Part shown: positions 15,785 through 26,700 of the stretch, in pieces
How the letters are laid out: the number at the start of each line of letters is the position of its first letter
Numbering within the stretch: the stretch's first letter is position 1
Origin: Minisyncoccia bacterium
Lineage (GTDB): Bacteria > Patescibacteriota > Minisyncoccia > Phycocordibacterales > XYD1-FULL-46-19
Length of the DNA: 48,369 nt
Direction of reading: 5' to 3'
Assembly (NCBI GenBank): GCA_041601795.1
Contig: JBFIHK010000001.1
Location: 1 to 48,369, forward strand
Translations under genes and position numbers: made by a program
The notes under the pieces: model-generated
Database searches by the model: none
Told to the model about the DNA's origin: nothing
The model's input: only the letters and a program-made list of their open reading frames with translations

Positions 15785-16642
15785 TTAAACTAAATAAATA
15801 TCCTGTCCATAACCACCAACCCCTACAAATTCAGCTTCGCCTCTTAATATTTTTTCAAATGGCCTGCATGCAAAACAACCTCCTTCTCCTTCAGGACAAT
15901 CAAAACTACCTGTTTGTCTGGCCAGCTTTACTTCTTTAGCCACAGTTAAAACTCGATTCTTGGCTTCTTCTATGTTTGGCAAAGTTTTAGGAGTCAACAA
16001 ATCATCAGTTTCTAAATACCAATAACTAGCTTTAGTCACGGCTCGTTTTTGTAAGTGATTCAAAAGTAAAAGGTAAATTGGCAGTTGTAAAGAGTCTTCA
16101 CTTTCTTCATGACGACCTGTTTTAAAATCTACCACATGAACAGAATCTGTAGCCGGTAAATATTCCAACCAATCAATTTTGCCACATAAAATAATATTAT
16201 CCTCTTCAGATAAATAAAAATTAGGGGGCATATTATTTTCATGTTCTTTTAATTTTAAAGCTTTATTAACTAAAGGGCCCATATTTTTTTGCACCCGAGT
16301 AATCATTTTTTCTCCTCTTAACTTATATTCTGTCTCCATTTCTTTAGTTGTAAAACCACCCTGTCTACCCGAAACTTTAACCCACTCCTTATTAAATATA
16401 TCCAACAGGGGCTGCTGGCTTCTACTTTCAGCCGGCCACTTAATTAAACCTTCCAACACTTCATGAACCGCTACCCCTAGTGACATAGCTGGACTAGTTA
16501 TATTTATTTTATGACCTGTAGCTGGGTCCTTATAAACATTATGCAAAAAATAAGCCCGAGGGCATTTTAAAAAATCACCCATCGAGGAATGAGACACCCA
16601 CACCGCCGAATATTTATCTGGTTTTTTGTTTTTATTCATCAT
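15785..16642 (-). CDS. PD-(D/E)XK nuclease, Cas4/RecB-exonuclease-like with a 4-Cys cluster
   Basis: 285 aa. N-terminal SHSSMGDFLKCPRAYF, core GKIDWLE...VVDFKTG, and C-terminal CPEGEGGCFACRPF (1 + 3 Cys, as in Cas4/AddB Fe-S nucleases). Confidence 0.8.
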   Translation of the reverse strand: MMNKNKKPDKYSAVWVSHSSMGDFLKCPRAYFLHNVYKDPATGHKINITSPAMSLGVAVHEVLEGLIKWPAESRSQQPLLDIFNKEWVKVSGRQGGFTTKEMETEYKLRGEKMITRVQKNMGPLVNKALKLKEHENNMPPNFYLSEEDNIILCGKIDWLEYLPATDSVHVVDFKTGRHEESEDSLQLPIYLLLLNHLQKRAVTKASYWYLETDDLLTPKTLPNIEEAKNRVLTVAKEVKLARQTGSFDCPEGEGGCFACRPFEKILRGEAEFVGVGGYGQDIYLV

Positions 16643-16648
16643 ATATAA

Positions 16649-17575
16649 TTATTTTATCGGCAATATTCTGGCCAAAGATTCAATTCTTCCTGCTACCACT
16701 AAAGTAGGTAAGCCCAACAAGCAATTATCTTTAACTGAGATAGCTGCTCCTCCTGAATTACCCTGCTCTATTTTAGCGGAAGTAATATAATAGTCGTCAT
16801 CTAAACCAGATATTATCCCTTCGGTGGCGGTAATACTTATTTTAGATCCCACACTTGGGTAGCCTAAAATAACCACCCCATCCCCAATCACAGGTGGCTT
16901 GGAGCAAGTTTTAACGGGGCCTGCCACGCCGGGCAAATTAACATATCGATTCATATTTATAAAAGCCAAATCTGCCTCAGTATTCAAATCAAAAGAAGTA
17001 GTTTCCAATTTAACACCACTAGTGGCAAAAGTTAGTTCACATTTTATAGCTTGTGAGCCATCTTTGTTCAGTACATGTTTATTGGTAATAAATCTAGTCT
17101 GCCCAGCTACAATAGTTGCGACCCCTGAAGCCTTAGAAGTTGTTTCCCCGTCACCATTTTTCAATTCACAATGAATTCTAGCCACTCGAGGACTCCAACT
17201 ATTAATTAATTTAACAATATCTTGAGAGTCTAAAGTTTGTCTATAATCGGCCACAGAGACTTCCAAAGAAGATAATTGTTCGACTGATTTTTCATATTCT
17301 TCTTCTGCTTCCAATCTTTTAACTTGTTCTTGTTCTAAAGCTACAGCCAAATTATTATTTCCCACTACTAAAGATTTAACAACATCTTCAACTTCTTGTA
17401 ATTTAAGATTTAATTTAAGATTGTCTGTTTGAGTAATTTCAATATTCTGATTTAAAGCAATAAGACTAAATATAACGCCTCCCAAAATAAGCAAAGAAAC
17501 TAAAAAAACAACCCCCAAAATAAAAGCCTGGTATTTTTTAATCGCCCTTAATTTTGTTTTAAAAAACAAGTTCAT
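16649..17575 (-). CDS. membrane-anchored trypsin-like serine protease with coiled-coil stalk
   Basis: 308 aa. N-terminal TM, coiled coil, TNKHV (His), an Asp region and GNSGGAAI (Ser) of the chymotrypsin/S1 fold. Confidence 0.7.
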   Translation of the reverse strand: MNLFFKTKLRAIKKYQAFILGVVFLVSLLILGGVIFSLIALNQNIEITQTDNLKLNLKLQEVEDVVKSLVVGNNNLAVALEQEQVKRLEAEEEYEKSVEQLSSLEVSVADYRQTLDSQDIVKLINSWSPRVARIHCELKNGDGETTSKASGVATIVAGQTRFITNKHVLNKDGSQAIKCELTFATSGVKLETTSFDLNTEADLAFINMNRYVNLPGVAGPVKTCSKPPVIGDGVVILGYPSVGSKISITATEGIISGLDDDYYITSAKIEQGNSGGAAISVKDNCLLGLPTLVVAGRIESLARILPIK

Positions 17576-17599
17576 AAAGAAAATATATTATAACAAATT

Positions 17600-19225
17600 T
17601 TAATCAAAAAATAACCGAGCTAATCTAATTTCATCAAAGGAAAAACTAGTTGGTAGAATTTTTTTGACTGGCGACAGCTTTGCTGTGCCCACTTTTTTAA
17701 ACGCTTGATCAACGATTTTTAATCTATTTAAAGCCGGTTTCAAATGGTTAATATTTGGCAAACTATCTTCCTCTTTTAACTTTTCTAAATGAGTTAAAAT
17801 AGTTCCCGGTTTAACATTTCTTTTCTGAGCCATATCAGCTAAAGTTAATCCTTTTTCAACTAAAAGAAGTGTCTCTTCATGAGCCAATTTCTTTTTTGGG
17901 GGCAAATTAACAGCACAAGTTGTTACAAATCTATCAATGATAGTTTTTTGTCTTTCTTTGGAAGTTAAACCAAGGGCTTTGGTTAAATTAAGACCGACCT
18001 TTTGAGCCAACTTATCAAAAGTAACAGCCTCATCATTTACTAAAAGAGAGGCTTCATTAAAACCTAACAACCGTAAGCCAGAAAAACTTTTAACTCGAGA
18101 TAAAGCTACATAACCCATTCCAGGAACAAAAGCCTTGGACAAATCTATTTCTGCCGCCTCTAAAGTCATCCCCTGACTTTTATGAACAGTAGTTGCCCAA
18201 GCCAGTCGTAGTGGGATTTGAGACAATTCAGCCTTAACTTTGCCTTCATCCTCTATTGCCCAAGTAGCTCTATCAACCTCTATCTCTTGTCCATTTGCAA
18301 GTGCTACTATTGGTAACCGCCTAGACGTAAAACCCACCACCTGGCCTAAAGTACCATTGGCTATACCCTGATCAAAATTATTTTTAATAAACATTACCCT
18401 AGCTTTAAGCTTCAGCCTTAAAACAGGCATCACCAGTGAGCCTCTTTCTATAGTTTCGGCTAAACGTTTATTACCCTTATAAATAGACTCATATTCATAC
18501 AAGCTACCAGTTAAACGACTTAATTCTTTATTATTAGCCTCATCCACATCAACATTATGAGTGAACAATCTCACTGGGGTTACTTCATCTATAGAGGCCT
18601 GTAGACGGTCATTTAATTTATCTTTATGGCTAGCTAAAATGTTTTGATTACGAATAGCTTGCAATAGTTCATATAAAGAGTCATCTGTTTGTCTATATTG
18701 ATCTTCAAGGGCACAAATTTTAATGTCAGCCAATCTCCAGGCCCTAGCCCCATAAGCAAAAGCCTTATTTTCATATTTAAATATCGGTGGCAATTGGAAA
18801 AAATCACCCGACAAAACAATTTGCATCCCCCCAAAAGGAACATCATTTTTTTTAAAAGCCCGACAAATCATATCTACGGCGTCCAATTGTTCAGCCGACA
18901 ACATTGAAATTTCGTCTATAATTAAAACTGAAGTTTGATCAAAGTGTTGCCATAAATATTTTTTTTCAAGCAAGGATTCAAGATCATAAGCAGACAGACT
19001 ATCTTTAACTCCTAAACCAGACCAAGAATGAATAGTTAACCCTTGTAAGTGAGTTGCTGCGATACCTGTCGAAGCGGTAATAGCCACTTTGATATTTTTG
19101 GCCTTCAACCATTTTATATATTCATTTAATAGGTAAGTTTTTCCTGAACCAGCCGGTCCAGTAATAAAACAGTTATTACCCATTTTAAGTAGAGTTAAAG
19201 CATCTTTAGCTATCATAACCCTCAT
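17600..19225 (-). CDS. PIF1/RecD-like SF1 DNA helicase with C-terminal HTH domain
   Basis: Walker A TGPAGSGKT, Walker B LIIDEISM, GDFFQLPP and TVHKSQG. C-terminal LTLADMAQKRNVKPGTILTHLEKL is HTH-like. The track start at 19288 is TTG; ATG at 19225 or 19216 is more likely. Confidence 0.85.
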   Translation of the reverse strand: MRVMIAKDALTLLKMGNNCFITGPAGSGKTYLLNEYIKWLKAKNIKVAITASTGIAATHLQGLTIHSWSGLGVKDSLSAYDLESLLEKKYLWQHFDQTSVLIIDEISMLSAEQLDAVDMICRAFKKNDVPFGGMQIVLSGDFFQLPPIFKYENKAFAYGARAWRLADIKICALEDQYRQTDDSLYELLQAIRNQNILASHKDKLNDRLQASIDEVTPVRLFTHNVDVDEANNKELSRLTGSLYEYESIYKGNKRLAETIERGSLVMPVLRLKLKARVMFIKNNFDQGIANGTLGQVVGFTSRRLPIVALANGQEIEVDRATWAIEDEGKVKAELSQIPLRLAWATTVHKSQGMTLEAAEIDLSKAFVPGMGYVALSRVKSFSGLRLLGFNEASLLVNDEAVTFDKLAQKVGLNLTKALGLTSKERQKTIIDRFVTTCAVNLPPKKKLAHEETLLLVEKGLTLADMAQKRNVKPGTILTHLEKLKEEDSLPNINHLKPALNRLKIVDQAFKKVGTAKLSPVKKILPTSFSFDEIRLARLFFD

Positions 19226-19345
19226 TATAGCAAATAAATCAGCCTCCCGTCTTACCCTTACCACCTTTATCTTTTTTAACCACCACAAAACAAAAAAACA
19301 GCAAAATACTCCCAGCGCTCCCTAAAAACCAACCTTACAACAAAC

Positions 19346-20107
19346 CTAAAGTCCTTTAGAAACAGTAAAAGTTATCATATAATCAGCAATGGATAGGGTT
19401 TGGCCTTCCATTTTTTCTGGAGTGACAGTTTTAATACTTAATGAATATTTTTCTCCTAGATTTCTTTGACCTTCATCGCTTTTTAAACTAAAAATTTGAG
19501 TCTTACCTCCTGTTGTTACTTCTAAATCAACTGTTGTCGCTCCAGCTTGAATACATTCAACCGTAAGTGGACAACGACTATCTTGGGGTATATCTATTAA
19601 TTTTATAGTCGTATCATAATCAGGTATAGCAAATGACTGTCCTACTTTTAAATCATAATCCTTGGCATCCCCTTGTGGCCAGAATAAATTTGATAACAAT
19701 TCTGCCCCTTCACTCGGAAACACTTTTTGGTCTAAAAGTAAGCCGTCTTTATTGTAGGCAATGGCCCACAGTTTAGATATCATAATTGGTTCTGTTGGTA
19801 TATTTAAAACCCACAAGTCTTCCTTGTCATTGTTACCACTTACTTTTGTCATATTTCCTAATTTAAATTCAGACTCTTGCTCTATTAATATTTTATTACC
19901 AAAAATAACTATTTCATTTACCTCTCGAGCTGTCACCTCTAGCCTTTTTGAATTTGAATCAAAATTAATATTTAAAATCTCTCCCTTAACTTCTGTCTCT
20001 ATTTCATCTAAAGCTGGGTTGGCTGTTTTATACCACCAGAAATAACCCCCACCAGAAACCAGGATTAAAAAAATCATGATTAAAATGATTAATCTACCTA
20101 CATACAT
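19346..20107 (-). CDS. hypothetical exported or membrane-anchored protein
   Basis: 253 aa, N-terminal TM (LIILIMIFLILVSGGGYFWW), beta-rich remainder. Confidence 0.55.
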   Translation of the reverse strand: MYVGRLIILIMIFLILVSGGGYFWWYKTANPALDEIETEVKGEILNINFDSNSKRLEVTAREVNEIVIFGNKILIEQESEFKLGNMTKVSGNNDKEDLWVLNIPTEPIMISKLWAIAYNKDGLLLDQKVFPSEGAELLSNLFWPQGDAKDYDLKVGQSFAIPDYDTTIKLIDIPQDSRCPLTVECIQAGATTVDLEVTTGGKTQIFSLKSDEGQRNLGEKYSLSIKTVTPEKMEGQTLSIADYMITFTVSKGL

Positions 20108-20157
20108 AAAATTGCCAACTAATTAGTACTAATTAAAACTAGCATACGCTTTTAGTT

Positions 20158-21210
20158 TTATTTGTCCAACACCACCGGTTGGTACATTTCAAGTAAAGTA
20201 AAAAATAAACTTAAAATAAGTGGCCCATACAAAAAACCTAAAGGACCGAAGGTCAAAATACCACCTAAAACAGAAACTAAAATTAAAATAGGGTGTATTT
20301 TAACTCCTCGGGAGTAAAAATAAGGAATCATAATATTATCAACTAAGCCCACCACTACAATACCCCAAACAGCTAGCCCTAAAGCCATTAATCCACTTGA
20401 ACTAAAGAATAAATAAACAACCGCAGGCAATATAACAATAGCTGTTCCCAATCCTGGAACCAAAGAACCAATAGCAGCTATAACCCCCCATAAAGTAGCA
20501 TTAGGTACTCCAAAAATAAATAATCCTAAACCAGTAAAAAAACCTTGTAATAAAGCCACCACTAAGGCACCTCTAATAACTGAATTTATAGTATTTTCTA
20601 ATTTTTTAATAATTTTTTCATCGTCCACATCCTTCAAAGGACTAATTTCTACAATATATTTTTTTAATCTACCTCCATCTTTAAATAAGAAGAAAAGTAA
20701 TATGATAGACAAAACAAACCCAAAAATAGTATGAAGAGCTGTAATGGTGCCACTTTTCAATAAAGTCCAATTGTCTAACACTACAGATAGTACCGTTGAA
20801 GAAGTTTTCTGTTTGAGGTCGTCTATGTTGCCAAGAGTAAAATTTGGTAATATGTTTTGAACTGTTTCTTCTATTGTCAAAACAGCTTGATCAATTAAAT
20901 TCTCAGTATCAGAAGCTACTATATACCCTGCTACATTTTGACCCTCTTTTATAATTTGAGTAGAAACAAAAAATAAAGGTAGTATTACTACTACAGCTAT
21001 AATAAAAATAGTCGTTAAACTAGCCACTGCAGGCCACTTTTTAATGTGGCTTAAAATATTAATATAAAAAGGTTTGAAAATAACTGCCACCACTAAAGCA
21101 AAAGCAATACTATTAAAAAATGGAGTAAAAATAAATACTACTAAAGCCATGGACCCAAACAAAAGAAACCCGAAAAAATAACTTTGAATGCGTTCTTGTT
21201 TTTTTGTCAT
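20158..21210 (-). CDS. AI-2E family transporter (PerM/UPF0118)
   Basis: 350 aa, about 8 TM. Gly-rich C-terminal core GSLVPGLGTAIV...GPLGFLYGPLILSLF typical of the family. Confidence 0.85.
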   Translation of the reverse strand: MTKKQERIQSYFFGFLLFGSMALVVFIFTPFFNSIAFALVVAVIFKPFYINILSHIKKWPAVASLTTIFIIAVVVILPLFFVSTQIIKEGQNVAGYIVASDTENLIDQAVLTIEETVQNILPNFTLGNIDDLKQKTSSTVLSVVLDNWTLLKSGTITALHTIFGFVLSIILLFFLFKDGGRLKKYIVEISPLKDVDDEKIIKKLENTINSVIRGALVVALLQGFFTGLGLFIFGVPNATLWGVIAAIGSLVPGLGTAIVILPAVVYLFFSSSGLMALGLAVWGIVVVGLVDNIMIPYFYSRGVKIHPILILVSVLGGILTFGPLGFLYGPLILSLFFTLLEMYQPVVLDK

Positions 21211-21263
21211 AATAAAATTATACCACTAGTTATTTTTTTTACTTGCAAACTTATAAACAGTTT

Positions 21264-21292
21264 TAAAAAAACACCCCGAAGGGTGTTTTTTT
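21264..21292. terminator. bidirectional hairpin terminator
   Basis: ACACCC-cgaa-GGGTGT stem-loop flanked by A7 and T7 runs. Confidence 0.7.
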
Positions 21293-21317
21293 AAAAACTT
21301 TTTGATTGTAAATTTAA

Positions 21318-21668
21318 TTACTTCTTGTCAGCTATCTTTTTTATATCAGCTTGAATGTGCTTCCAATATTTTTGTAAATCTTTTTTTAACATTAAAGCAT
21401 CTTTTTCTCCCACATTTTTTAATTTAGCATATTTGGCCACCACCTTTTCCGCTGCTAAATCATAGTTAGTCTTAGTGACCTCTTTCATTTTTTCTATTTC
21501 AGACAACATATCACCCCGAGCTTTTATCATCCAAGATTTAATTTGTTTACGATTTTTTTCGCCTTCAGGACCATATAATAAATAACCCCCGGCAATAGCT
21601 GCTACCGCCCCCACCCCTAAAGCAATTCCTGCTCCAAAAGCTGATTTTTTATTTGTTTTTTTAGCCAT
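21318..21668 (-). CDS. YtxH-like small stress-type protein
   Basis: 116 aa. Gly-zipper N-terminal segment GAGIALGVGAVAAIAGGYLLYGPEGEKNRK followed by a charged helix. Confidence 0.55.
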   Translation of the reverse strand: MAKKTNKKSAFGAGIALGVGAVAAIAGGYLLYGPEGEKNRKQIKSWMIKARGDMLSEIEKMKEVTKTNYDLAAEKVVAKYAKLKNVGEKDALMLKKDLQKYWKHIQADIKKIADKK

Positions 21669-21701
21669 AAGTTTAACGATAATTATTAATTTATTGATAA
21701 T

Positions 21702-22007
21702 TTATTTCTTTTTTTTACCACTAGCATTTTCCATAAGCATATTAACAACCTTTTTAAAGGTCAAGGCTCCTAAAAGCATTCTTAATTGCTTTTTAGTCGT
21801 CGCTACACCTTCTTTTATATCATCTCTAGCATCATCAATATCATCAGCTATTTTAACAGATTCGCTGTAAACAACATCAGATATTTTATTTAGATTTTTT
21901 AAAATTTTTATCACATAAATAAGACCAACCACCAGCAAAAGAAGCAAAATAACTTCTGTCAGGCCAGTGATAAAAATAAAAATTGGAGAAGATATAATTT
22001 CAGTCAT
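21702..22007 (-). CDS. DUF948-like membrane-anchored helical protein
   Basis: 101 aa. N-terminal TM plus an acidic helical region. Pairing with a YtxH-like gene is a common arrangement. Confidence 0.45.
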   Translation of the reverse strand: MTEIISSPIFIFITGLTEVILLLLLVVGLIYVIKILKNLNKISDVVYSESVKIADDIDDARDDIKEGVATTKKQLRMLLGALTFKKVVNMLMENASGKKKK

Positions 22008-22013
22008 AAATGT

Positions 22014-22694
22014 CTAATTTTTTAAGTTAGCTACTATGTTAACAGAGATTGATACATTATCAGATATAACATTGTCACCTAAATTGTCGAAAAAACTACC
22101 AGAGCCGTATTGTAAGCCCCACTTTGTTCTATCCATAATAAAATCGCCGTTTATAACCACTTCACCAGTCTCTGAAGCACTAATATCAACTGGGAAAGTT
22201 ATACTTTCTGTGACATCTTTAACCGTTAAATTTCCATTAACAGAATAAGTGCCGTCGCCATTATCTACAACATTACTAATGCTCATTGTTGACGTAGGAT
22301 AAGTTTCAACATCAAAGAAATCTGCTGATTTTAAGTGAGTCGCTAGTTTATCTAAAGCAATTTGAGTATTAGAAGTTTTAGTGCCCATCAAACTATCCAT
22401 ATCAAAAACAACTTCTCCGGTAGTGATTTGCCCAGATGCAACCACGAAATTACCAGCTTGAACACCGAGAGTACCAATATCCTCATAGTTAGCAATGAGT
22501 TCTTTAGCCCCCACCCAAGCAATATTACTTTTATTAGTGTCTACTTCATATTGTCCATCTACTAAATCAACCGAGGTGGCAGGAGTGGTTGTAGCCAGCT
22601 CACTGTCTTTATCTTGAGACTCAGAATTATTTAACCCGAAATAAAGCAAAGCCCCTACAATCGCTACTGCCACTAAAGATATAATTACTTTCAT
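22014..22694 (-). CDS. YceI family periplasmic/exported protein
   Basis: Start set at the ATG at 22694 (MKVIISLVAVAIVGALLYF signal anchor). YceI-like blocks FDMDSL, LKSADFFDVETYP and GNLTVKDVT. Confidence 0.8.
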   Translation of the reverse strand: MKVIISLVAVAIVGALLYFGLNNSESQDKDSELATTTPATSVDLVDGQYEVDTNKSNIAWVGAKELIANYEDIGTLGVQAGNFVVASGQITTGEVVFDMDSLMGTKTSNTQIALDKLATHLKSADFFDVETYPTSTMSISNVVDNGDGTYSVNGNLTVKDVTESITFPVDISASETGEVVINGDFIMDRTKWGLQYGSGSFFDNLGDNVISDNVSISVNIVANLKN

Positions 22695-22828
22695 ATTTTT
22701 ATTATCTATTTTTAAATTATTTATATTTGGGGAAAACCAAATATACACTTCATAATACCTCTAGTATACTATTAATAAATATTTTTCACAAAGGTCGTAT
22801 TTATTATTTTATTAAACACGTCAAATTT

Positions 22829-23065
22829 ATGATGAAAAAAAATAGTCTCAATAAGCTAGCTTGGTTGTTGGTTATAATCGGAGCTTTAAACTGGGGTTTA
22901 TACGGCATAGGTATGTTAATGGGTCGTGACTTAAACTTAGTTTATCTACTATTTGGAACTTGGATGACAATCGAAGCTTTAGTTTATGTCTTGGTTGGTT
23001 TATCTGGCCTCTATTTGTTAATAGTGGGCAAAAAAGGTTGTTCTTGCAGTAACGGCAACATGTAA
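22829..23065 (+). CDS. DUF378 family small membrane protein
   Basis: Start set at the ATG at 22829. LAWLLVIIGALNWGLYG motif and two TM segments. Confidence 0.7.
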   Translation: MMKKNSLNKLAWLLVIIGALNWGLYGIGMLMGRDLNLVYLLFGTWMTIEALVYVLVGLSGLYLLIVGKKGCSCSNGNM

Positions 23066-23082
23066 AACTCTATAAGAGAAAC

Positions 23083-23114
23083 AAAAAAACACCTATTTTA
23101 ATAGGTGTTTTTTT
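23083..23114. terminator. bidirectional hairpin terminator
   Basis: CACCTAT-ttta-ATAGGTG flanked by A7 and T7 runs, between convergent genes. Confidence 0.75.
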
Positions 23115-23128
23115 GTTTTTTGTAAAAA

Positions 23129-23677
23129 TTACTTTTTAGCTACCCACAACCACAAAGGTGGCAAATTAAATGGCAACAAACTAAACTTACCCTTTTTAAA
23201 TACTGGTCTAACCGCCCCTAAAGCTAACGGGGTGATTTGAAAAATAACAAATAAACCTCCAGGTGCTAATATTTTGTAAGAAACATCAACTATTTGCCGG
23301 ACAACGCTTGATGTTAAAAAACTAAAAGGAATACTTGATAAAATTCTGTCCACTGACGCAATGTTGGCTGTTTGTAAAATACTAGCAATATTTTCGGCGG
23401 AATCATTAAACACATAAACATTATTTTCCGTTTTAAATTTACAACTTAATTTTTGAGCCAATTTCTGATTTCTTTCAATTAAAAAAAGCTGACCGCAAGG
23501 AGTAATTTTTTGTCTAACAAGTTCTGCTATTTCCCCACTACCCGGGCCATATTCAACGACAATGTGCCCTGGCTTTAAATTTAACTGTTGAATAATTTTT
23601 TTGGACGATATTGATGAAGTTGAAACTAAGCTCGCTACCAACGGGTCTTTAATTAATAGTTTTAAATACGATTGCAT
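23129..23677 (-). CDS. class I SAM-dependent methyltransferase (substrate unknown)
   Basis: 182 aa. Motif I VVEYGPGSGEIAE and an acidic post-I residue (LIERN). Confidence 0.65.
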   Translation of the reverse strand: MQSYLKLLIKDPLVASLVSTSSISSKKIIQQLNLKPGHIVVEYGPGSGEIAELVRQKITPCGQLFLIERNQKLAQKLSCKFKTENNVYVFNDSAENIASILQTANIASVDRILSSIPFSFLTSSVVRQIVDVSYKILAPGGLFVIFQITPLALGAVRPVFKKGKFSLLPFNLPPLWLWVAKK

Positions 23678-23731
23678 AATATTTATTTTAACATGCCACT
23701 CTTTATTTGAGACTAGTTCTAAATTAAAAAA

Positions 23732-26700
23732 CTATTTTTCAAACCGATTATACAAAACAGGAATTAAAAATAAAGTTAAAATAGTAGAAAAAGACAAGCC
23801 AAAGACAATAGAGTAAGCTAACGGCCCCCAAGTTTCACTAGATAAAGCTAATGGTAAGATTCCTAAGACAGTAGTGACAGTAGTTAACATAATTGGCCTA
23901 AAGCGAGTCTTGGTGGCCTCTTTAACTGCTTCTGTTTTAGATAAACCTTTTTGTCGGTCTTTATTTATTCTATCTATTAAAATAATTGCATTATTAACTA
24001 CAATTCCCGCTAAAGCCACCACCCCAATAAAACCAGGAAAAGATAAAGGTAATCTAACAACAAACAACCCTACCATCACTCCAATTAAAGATAACGGAAT
24101 CGAAGTCATAATATAAAACGGCTGTTTAAATGACTGAAATTGCCAGACTAAAAGAGCATAAATTAAAAACATTCCTAAAATCATAGCTTTACCCATATCT
24201 GTAAAAGATTCGGCTATATCTTCCTGTTCCCCACCAAAATTAACCGATATCGAGGGTGGTAAATCTAAGTTTTCTCGGGCTTTATTAAAATTAGCCACAA
24301 TCTCTCTTGGGGTCACCCCTTTTTCAACATCAGCTAATACTTTTATCTGCCTCTGGCCATCTTCATGCTCTATCACTGAGCGACTATTAGTTAATCTAAT
24401 AGTGGTAAAAGTAGACAAAGGGACAGGACCAAATAATGTATTAATTGTTAACCCTTCTATAGTGGCTAAACTTATTCTTGGTGCTACTCCCAAATTACTG
24501 CCATTATGTACATTTAAATAGGAGACGACGACATCAATATCTGTTTGTCCATCTTTTATAACCGTAGCAGTAGTTCCAGTAGTGACAGTTCTAAGTAAAG
24601 AAGCTACATCAATGGCGCTAACCCCATAAATACTAGCCCTTATTTTATCAACCTCTAAAACAAAGTCACCATTAGATTCAGGACTAGACAACCGAACATT
24701 TTGAGTTCCAGGAATAGTCCTCAGTATTTGAATATAATTTTGAGCAACTGCTTCTACGCTTTCAATTGACTCTCCATTAATGTTGATAGTAACAGGAGAA
24801 CCTTGCGGTGGACCATCTTCTAATCCTCTAACCACCACTTCAGCTGGCAATATATTTGATAACTTATTATTATATTCATCAATCAAAGCCAAACTTTTAT
24901 CAGGCGAACTGGGATTAACTTTTACAGTAAAATTAGCTTGATGAGAATTATTGTTTCCACCAACTCGAACCAAAAAAGTGTCTAGACGATTGTCTTGAAG
25001 TAAAATATTTTCCAACGTAACAACAGATTTATTAGTATCATCTAAAGTGGTTCCAATAGGTTTGGTTAAATCTATATAAAAAGTATCATAATTACTAGCT
25101 GGAAACATATTAACACCCACTAAACCTGTTATGGGTAATATAATAGCAATGATAAAAGCGCCTCCTAACCATTTAAACATTTTCTTTTGCTTAGTTTTAT
25201 CCAATAAAACAATACCTAATAATTCATCATATTTAAAAACTATAAACTTAATATAACCATCAATCTTTTTAGATAAATATTTTTTACTAGGGTAAGCCGG
25301 CTCAACTTTAAACCGTAAAAACCTAGCCCCAATAGTGGTCAACACACCCAAAGCAACAAATAAAGACGACAATAAAACTATAGTGATAGTAACTGGAATA
25401 CTAACTATAAATTTACCAATAATACCTGAGGTCATCAGCATAGGTAAGAAAATTAAAATGGTAGTTAAAGTACCAGACATTAAAGGTAAAGAAAATTCAG
25501 CTGTAGTGTTGTGAGCGGCCTGAATAGAACTTTGACCAGCCCCTAGTTTTTGATATAAACTTTCCACCACTACAATAGAGGAATCGACCAAAATACCTAG
25601 GGCTAAAATTAAAGAAAATAAAGTCAAAAAATTGATAGTATAATCTAAATAACCCAAGAAAATAAAAGTAATAGAAAAAGTTAGTGGGACTACTAAACTA
25701 GCTAGCAATGCTTCACGCAACCCTAAAAAAACAATCAATAAAATTAGAATAATAGCCACTGTACCAAGACCACTAAAGATTAAACTAAATAAATCTGCCT
25801 TTATTAAAGTGGCCCAATTTTCTATAAAAACAATATCAATATCAGTTGGTAGTTCAACCTCTTTTAATTTATCTATTTTAAGTTGGACCAAATTAACTAT
25901 ATCTATAATATCTCCGCCAGCGGTTTTATAGACAGATAAAGTAATAGCTGGCTCAGGATCTTTACCCAAAATAGACAAACGAGACAAACTCCCGCCAGTA
26001 TTATAAACTTCTACCACTTGACCTAGATCGTTAACCACTATCGGTACTCCGTTACTTGTTTTAATGGGTACTTGTTTTAAATCAGTCAAAGTCTTGAGCC
26101 CTCCGGCTAATCTTAAAGAAAAAACTTCCCCGGCCGTTTCAATTGAACCAATAGGAACATTATTGTTGGCTATTTGAATAGACCTAACTATTTCATTCAC
26201 AGATAAACCATATTGATCTAATCTGTTTTTTTCAATTTCGACTCTTAATTCTTTTTGAGGAGCTCCAATAGTTTCTACTCTAGAAACAAAAGGAATTTTT
26301 TCAAGTTCCGACTCTATGGTATTAGCATAAAAAATAAGTTCTTCAGCCGAATATTGACCACTTAAGGTCATAACCACTATTGGCTGATCTGTAAAACGAA
26401 TTTTTTCTATCACTGGCAATTCAACATCACTAGGTAAATCGACTTGAATATTAGCCAACCTATCTCTTAATTTACTTACTTGCTCATCACCGTCTGAATT
26501 AATATCAAATTGAACTATGACTTGAGACATACCTGCTCTAGACGAAGAAGTGTAAGTATCTAAATCTTCCATTTTGGCAATCTGTTTTTCAATTGGGCTA
26601 GTAACCAAGTTTTCTACTTCCAAACTGCTAGCACCAGGTAAAAATGTTGTCACTGTTGCTATGGGAACATCTACTTCTGGGCTGGATTCTTTAGGTATTT

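Noticed and set aside
22695-22828. N-terminal extensions of the YceI ORF (to 22748) and of the DUF378 ORF (from 22727). Similar extensions occur at 14755-14790, 19226-19288, 6957-6974 and 10510-10593.
   Set aside because: The extensions are AT-rich and low-complexity, overlap each other or promoter elements, and begin at non-ATG codons in several cases. Internal ATGs give sensible signal peptides or conserved N-termini.
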